From an uncultured virus (IMG/VR IMGVR_UViG_3300032668_000010) (Duplodnaviria; Heunggongvirae; Uroviricota; Caudoviricetes), in the IMG/VR virus record IMGVR_UViG_3300032668_000010: a stretch of DNA of 20,000 bases; one strand, written 5' to 3'. The notes under the pieces are model-generated. The model made no database searches, was not told the DNA's origin, and saw only the letters and a list, made by a program, of their open reading frames with translations. Position numbers and translations under genes: made by a program. Each line of letters starts with the position of its first letter. The stretch's first letter is position 1. Of this stretch, positions 16,228 through 20,000 are shown piece by piece.

Positions 16228-17370
16228 TTAATTCTGCTTGGTTGTTATAAAGGTATTGCCACCGGCATTGATTCTGTTGGTGATGGTTACATTACCACTC
16301 TGTGTCTGTACAATAGTAGAATTTTGACCTTTAGGAGTTGTAACACAACTTGTATTACTATTAGCATCACTGCGACATAACTGTACACTGATTGCATCTA
16401 CAGTAGCTTCTACCCCCGATGATTTTCTATAATCGGGAAGCAATTGATTCTTGGGTGCGGCTAACAAGTTACCAAATTCTGCAGCAAGTTGATCATTCAT
16501 TATTTGTAACATGCTTTCAAGGAAGTCCTGATCTAATAGATTACGTTGTAGTGCATTGGTATAAACTTGATTATTTTCTGCAACCAATACACTACTTAGA
16601 TCAACACCCTTAAGAAAATCTTGACTAAGTGCCGATTCAGCTGGCAACTTTTCTGCTTGTTGGCGTTGCTGAGCAGTTTTAATTTCTTGCGGTGGTGCCA
16701 GGATTAACATATTTCCAATAGCATCTTCAGTTAAGTGTAAGGTAACAGGCCTTGTGGGTGCTACATTACGTGCGGATACTTTAGTTGCCTGGAATGCTTG
16801 ATCTAATGTTACAGTACCGGCGTCATTCATAACATCAATTTTACCAGTCACACAATAACGTTCAATCTCATCGGGCAACATATTTTTACGTGGACAGCTT
16901 GGCAATAGAATAAATGTGCTGGAACCTAGCTCATCAACTGTAGCAGTAAAATCAGTACCGCGAACAGCAACGGTAGCAGTAGGAGTGTTGATAGCCACCT
17001 TATTAGGATTGTTATGAGCAATCGCCCCTGATGCGTAGCGGACTGTACCACTAGCCATGTTAAGAGCAAGTTTGCCAGCATCTTTATTTTTTGGATCATA
17101 CACGAATTCGTCAATGACCAGTTTGGAGTTTTCATTCACTTGCACCTTAGTGTCATCGGCAAACACAATACCAACCTTGCCTTGCTTGGTAGTAATGGCG
17201 TCAGCCATATCAACACCGGTACCTTTACTACCAGTAAGTGTTGTTTTTGCTCGTTGTATTTGCGGAGGATTGTTTACTTGTTCTGTGATTGTGCCAATGG
17301 CAGCATGAGCGGAAATAGACAACAATAATGTTGCCCAAATTAATCGTCTTGTTGCTTGAACCATACACAT
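16228..17370 (-). CDS. FecR-domain periplasmic protein with curlin-like C-terminal tail
   Basis: Signal peptide ending AHA-AIG; FecR motifs DAITT..G...IVFADDTKVQVNENSKLVIDEFVYDP, GTVRYASG, TPTATVAVRGTDF, G.IDV.NDAG.V.L. Confidence 0.85.
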   Translation of the reverse strand: MCMVQATRRLIWATLLLSISAHAAIGTITEQVNNPPQIQRAKTTLTGSKGTGVDMADAITTKQGKVGIVFADDTKVQVNENSKLVIDEFVYDPKNKDAGKLALNMASGTVRYASGAIAHNNPNKVAINTPTATVAVRGTDFTATVDELGSSTFILLPSCPRKNMLPDEIERYCVTGKIDVMNDAGTVTLDQAFQATKVSARNVAPTRPVTLHLTEDAIGNMLILAPPQEIKTAQQRQQAEKLPAESALSQDFLKGVDLSSVLVAENNQVYTNALQRNLLDQDFLESMLQIMNDQLAAEFGNLLAAPKNQLLPDYRKSSGVEATVDAISVQLCRSDANSNTSCVTTPKGQNSTIVQTQSGNVTITNRINAGGNTFITTKQN

Positions 17371-17516
17371 CGTTGTAAGTCTCTCATTAATTGATCTTTT
17401 GGCGTACCAGTAAGTCTGTGCGCCAGCTCTATAAAATCTACGGCTCTACTAGCCACATTAGACTGACCATCGCTCCACTGTTGATATACTGTGTTTAAGA
17501 AGCGAAGGTCTGTCAT
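17340..17516 (-). CDS. Small hypothetical protein (58 aa, MTDLRFLNTVYQQWSDGQSNVASRAVDFIELAHRLTGTPKDQLMRDLQRCVWFKQQDD)
   Basis: Hand-translated, below the ORF-track cutoff; starts 3 nt after the curlin stop and fills the gap before the FecR gene. Confidence 0.65.
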   Translation of the reverse strand: MTDLRFLNTVYQQWSDGQSNVASRAVDFIELAHRLTGTPKDQLMRDLQRCVWFKQQDD

Positions 17517-17519
17517 ATA

Positions 17520-18419
17520 TTAATGATGCTGTACAATGTTCCAAGTATTACTGCTACCACTACTTTGAATATTTGTAGTGTTGTTACCGCTTGTAGCTGT
17601 TTGGTTCACAGTAAATGTATTGCTATTACCAGTTAACCCTAATACTAACGTGTTATCGTTACTACCAGTTTGGCTTGCTGTAATAGTATTACTAGAACCT
17701 GTTAAACTTCCAACTACTGCTAGGCCAGTTGCATTATAACCACCAATAGTAATACTGTCGCCATTGGAGCCACCAGTTTGTGTCAACCCAAATGTATTAC
17801 TTGCACCTGTACTGTTTAAAGTAACACTAGCATTAGTTGCCGCTGTTGTTGTAGTCCCTTGAGTCATTGTTAGACTATTACTTGCGCCACCGTTCATTGT
17901 GATATTATCAGTATTATTTGTACCGTTAACAATAGCAACAATAGAGTTACTACTACCGCCTGCTGTCACAGCGGTAAAGTTGTTACCTGTACCTAATAAG
18001 TTAATATTCAAATTGGCAGTATTACCAGTTTGTGTTACACTAATATTATTACTTGCACTTGTAGCAGAGCCATCATTGTTACTATTGATCACTGCTGTTG
18101 CATTGTTACCTGTCACAGAGTAATTGTAATTGTTACCAGTTAATCCGTTGGCCACAGTTGTCTGGATACCTAATTGTAAGGTATCGCCTGTGCCTACTTG
18201 ATTTACTGTTACGTTATTACTATTACCAGTAATTACTGCCGGTGTTGTTGCACTTGAACCTGTGCCTTGTACACCTTCTACTGCATCACCTGCGCCATTT
18301 TGTGTAATTGAAATGTTACTGTTACTACCTGATTGATTGATGTAGATGGTGTTATCTGCACCAAATGCACTTATAGTCACTACGGCTAGCATTGTTGTTA
18401 TTATTTTCGCTAGTTTCAT
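17520..18419 (-). CDS. Curlin-like repeat protein (CsgA/CsgB-like major subunit candidate)
   Basis: AAGGAG SD, Sec signal (AFG-A), then almost entirely N/S/T/G/Q beta-arc repeats such as DNTIYINQSGSNSNISITQNG, SNNISVTQTGN, SNTITASQTGSNDN. Confidence 0.8.
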   Translation of the reverse strand: MKLAKIITTMLAVVTISAFGADNTIYINQSGSNSNISITQNGAGDAVEGVQGTGSSATTPAVITGNSNNVTVNQVGTGDTLQLGIQTTVANGLTGNNYNYSVTGNNATAVINSNNDGSATSASNNISVTQTGNTANLNINLLGTGNNFTAVTAGGSSNSIVAIVNGTNNTDNITMNGGASNSLTMTQGTTTTAATNASVTLNSTGASNTFGLTQTGGSNGDSITIGGYNATGLAVVGSLTGSSNTITASQTGSNDNTLVLGLTGNSNTFTVNQTATSGNNTTNIQSSGSSNTWNIVQHH

Positions 18420-18490
18420 TTTACTACTCCTTTTGGCCCCTGGCCTTATGTCCTGCGGTCCCTGCTTCTCCGCTGGTTGTTTTAGTTACT

Positions 18491-19453
18491 TCACTTTACT
18501 ACCCCCAACTTTGCTTCTACATCTGCAGGTAAGCCTGTTTTATTAGACATACCTAATGGAATTGTTGGCTCGCCCTTGGCATTAGGATTAATATACGCTG
18601 GCGCTACTTGGTTGTAGTCCCATACCCCTTTGCGTTGGCCTTCCTTGATTAACTCTACTACACTTGCTTCAATAGTTGATTTAAGTGCGATAGTGGTTGC
18701 TTCGTTGATTGTTAAACCTGATTCAAATTGGAATATTGCTGCCGCAGCATCTGTTGCGCCGGTATTAGGTGCGCCAATTTGCGTAACCATATGTCCCAAG
18801 CTACCTGGATCTATACTCTTAAAGATTGCAATACTATCTGCTGTTGAGTAAATGATCTTGGTAACAGTTACACTGGCTAGAATCTTACCGGTGTTAACAC
18901 TGATAGCACGTAGACTAATTGTGATAATATCTTTACTGTACTGAGTTGTTGGGCCAATACCAAGGAAGTTATATCCTGTACCACCAGACTCCAGTCCGGT
19001 ATCGTAACCAATAATTCCGCCTTCAATAATTACGCCGGCAAACTGTAATGGCATTAGCTTCTGTGCATCTTTACCTTCATATGCTTGACGCATTTGAGTA
19101 ATGATTAACCGCTCTTTGGTCAAGGCATCAATGTTTCCTCGCTCAACAACATCAAACCATAAACCGTGACCAACGTCTTGCAAACTGCGAATTAATAGTG
19201 CATCGCCACCTTGTGTAACTGCTGTACTAAAACTGGCAATACCAGGAACTGCTTTACGTTGTCCTGTTTTATCTGCAAAGTTGTAGACAGCCACAGTTAA
19301 ACGACCAGCAGCAGGTGGAGGAATAGCATCAAACTCTTTTTGTAATTCGTTTTTAGGTACTACAGGTTTTGCCTCTAGTACTCCCATTTTTTGGCTTATA
19401 GCACAACCAGAAAGTGCCGCTATTACCATTATGGATAAGAGTAATTTTTTCAT
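18491..19453 (-). CDS. csgG: Curli secretion channel CsgG/HfaB family lipoprotein
   Basis: Lipobox LSGC; VAVYNFADKTGQRK, FSTAVTQG, WFDVVER..IDALTKER.II, IEGGIIGYD, GIG...QY..D.ITISLRAISV.TG.IL..V...K.I.S. Confidence 0.93.
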   Translation of the reverse strand: MKKLLLSIMVIAALSGCAISQKMGVLEAKPVVPKNELQKEFDAIPPPAAGRLTVAVYNFADKTGQRKAVPGIASFSTAVTQGGDALLIRSLQDVGHGLWFDVVERGNIDALTKERLIITQMRQAYEGKDAQKLMPLQFAGVIIEGGIIGYDTGLESGGTGYNFLGIGPTTQYSKDIITISLRAISVNTGKILASVTVTKIIYSTADSIAIFKSIDPGSLGHMVTQIGAPNTGATDAAAAIFQFESGLTINEATTIALKSTIEASVVELIKEGQRKGVWDYNQVAPAYINPNAKGEPTIPLGMSNKTGLPADVEAKLGVVK

Positions 19454-19920
19454 TAGTTTCCGCCTCCGGTAATGTTAAATTGACTCAATGGAATATTAAT
19501 TGTAGTTACGTTACCCACGTTGTCTGTTACTTGCAATTGGATTTGACTACCATTATTGTTATAGTAGATCGTGTTGCCCTGGAAGGTAATCTGGCCAGTA
19601 CTACTGCTACCGCCGGCAAACATTGCAGTGGCTAAATTCTGCGAAATCTGTGCATAAACACGCGATTCCAGGTTGGTTAGGAACTGATTTATAGGGGTAT
19701 TGGCTGCATCTGCCTTGGCTTGTTGCGCGGCCGCTGTAAGTGCTTGCTGAATAGTCAATGCACGTTGATACTGCTGATTTTCCAAGGCCATTTGGAAAGT
19801 TGAGTAGCCGTTACCATTCAAACTAGCACTTTTAAATGAGTAGTCTGATATTGTAGTAGCGTAGGTGGTTGTCGCGGATAAGGCGATTGCGGTTAGAATA
19901 ACCTTGTTGATAATTCTCAT
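19453..19920 (-). CDS. csgF: Curli assembly component CsgF-like protein
   Basis: Signal peptide, YSFKSASLNGNG N-terminal pore-binding-type segment, QFLTNLESRVYAQISQNL..AMF helix, C-terminal VTD..G.VTTINIP; coupled to csgG by TAATG. Confidence 0.8.
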   Translation of the reverse strand: MRIINKVILTAIALSATTTYATTISDYSFKSASLNGNGYSTFQMALENQQYQRALTIQQALTAAAQQAKADAANTPINQFLTNLESRVYAQISQNLATAMFAGGSSSTGQITFQGNTIYYNNNGSQIQLQVTDNVGNVTTINIPLSQFNITGGGN

Positions 19921-19983
19921 TACTTCTACCCCTGTTATTATTATTATAAGGTAGTAAAGTCGTGTAGACTCTAGCTCCTATAG

Positions 19984-19989
19984 TATTTA
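19984..19989 (-). promoter_or_regulatory. TAAATA late-promoter-like element upstream of the csgF-csgG operon
   Basis: Same hexamer found in intergenic positions at 2494, 2546, 3142, 6595, 10443 and 13491, each pointing at a gene start. Confidence 0.55.
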
Positions 19990-20000
19990 ATAGGACCTAG

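Noticed and set aside
14022..18419. Repetitive DNA in curlin and adhesin genes as a CRISPR array or DGR template/variable repeat
   Set aside because: Repeats are degenerate and at the protein level; no identical spaced repeats, no adenine-specific mismatch pair noticed, no reverse transcriptase in the window.
10311..19635. Overlapping ORFs 10311..10757, 12534..12740, 12918..13166, 13042..13293, 13519..13770, 14917..15117, 15453..15782, 15776..15979, 16168..16380, 16419..16613, 16926..17135, 17057..17308, 17140..17328, 17899..18123, 18346..18546, 18630..18851, 19414..19635
   Set aside because: Lie within or across strong genes; the Cys-rich 15453..15782 ORF is simply the reverse complement of Thr/Ala codon runs.
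1..20000. Alternative genetic code (stop-codon reassignment), tRNA or rRNA genes
   Set aside because: Standard code gives near-complete coding density with full-length proteins; no cloverleaf or rRNA-like segment was recognisable in the short intergenic gaps.

Overview
AT-rich, gene-dense segment that reads as part of a large lytic dsDNA phage genome (inferred from a SleB-type hydrolase, a free-standing GIY-YIG/NUMOD3 endonuclease, a tail-fibre-like protein, many small ORFs, sigma70-type promoters and a recurring TAAATA late-promoter-like motif). From left to right it contains: (1) small minus-strand genes and a cell wall hydrolase behind two sigma70-type promoters; (2) a phasin-like gene, a GIY-YIG endonuclease with a structured leader, and a Lys/Ala-rich basic protein; (3) a sugar-modification cluster (UDP-glucose/GDP-mannose dehydrogenase, HxD...H dioxygenase-like protein, amidinotransferase, methyltransferase-fold protein, two paralogous proteins with a GT10-like E...TEK motif) around a probable virion fibre gene; (4) two paralogous small membrane proteins flanking an AbrB-like ORF; (5) the main feature, a tightly coupled minus-strand operon csgF-like, csgG, curlin-repeat protein, 58-aa ORF, FecR-domain protein with a curlin-like tail, 734-aa curlin-repeat adhesin, a truncated GT4 glycosyltransferase and a CHASE2 class III adenylate cyclase. 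This looks like a phage-borne curli-type (type VIII) secretion system linked to a trans-envelope cAMP signalling module. All product calls come from reading motifs by eye; no database search was run.
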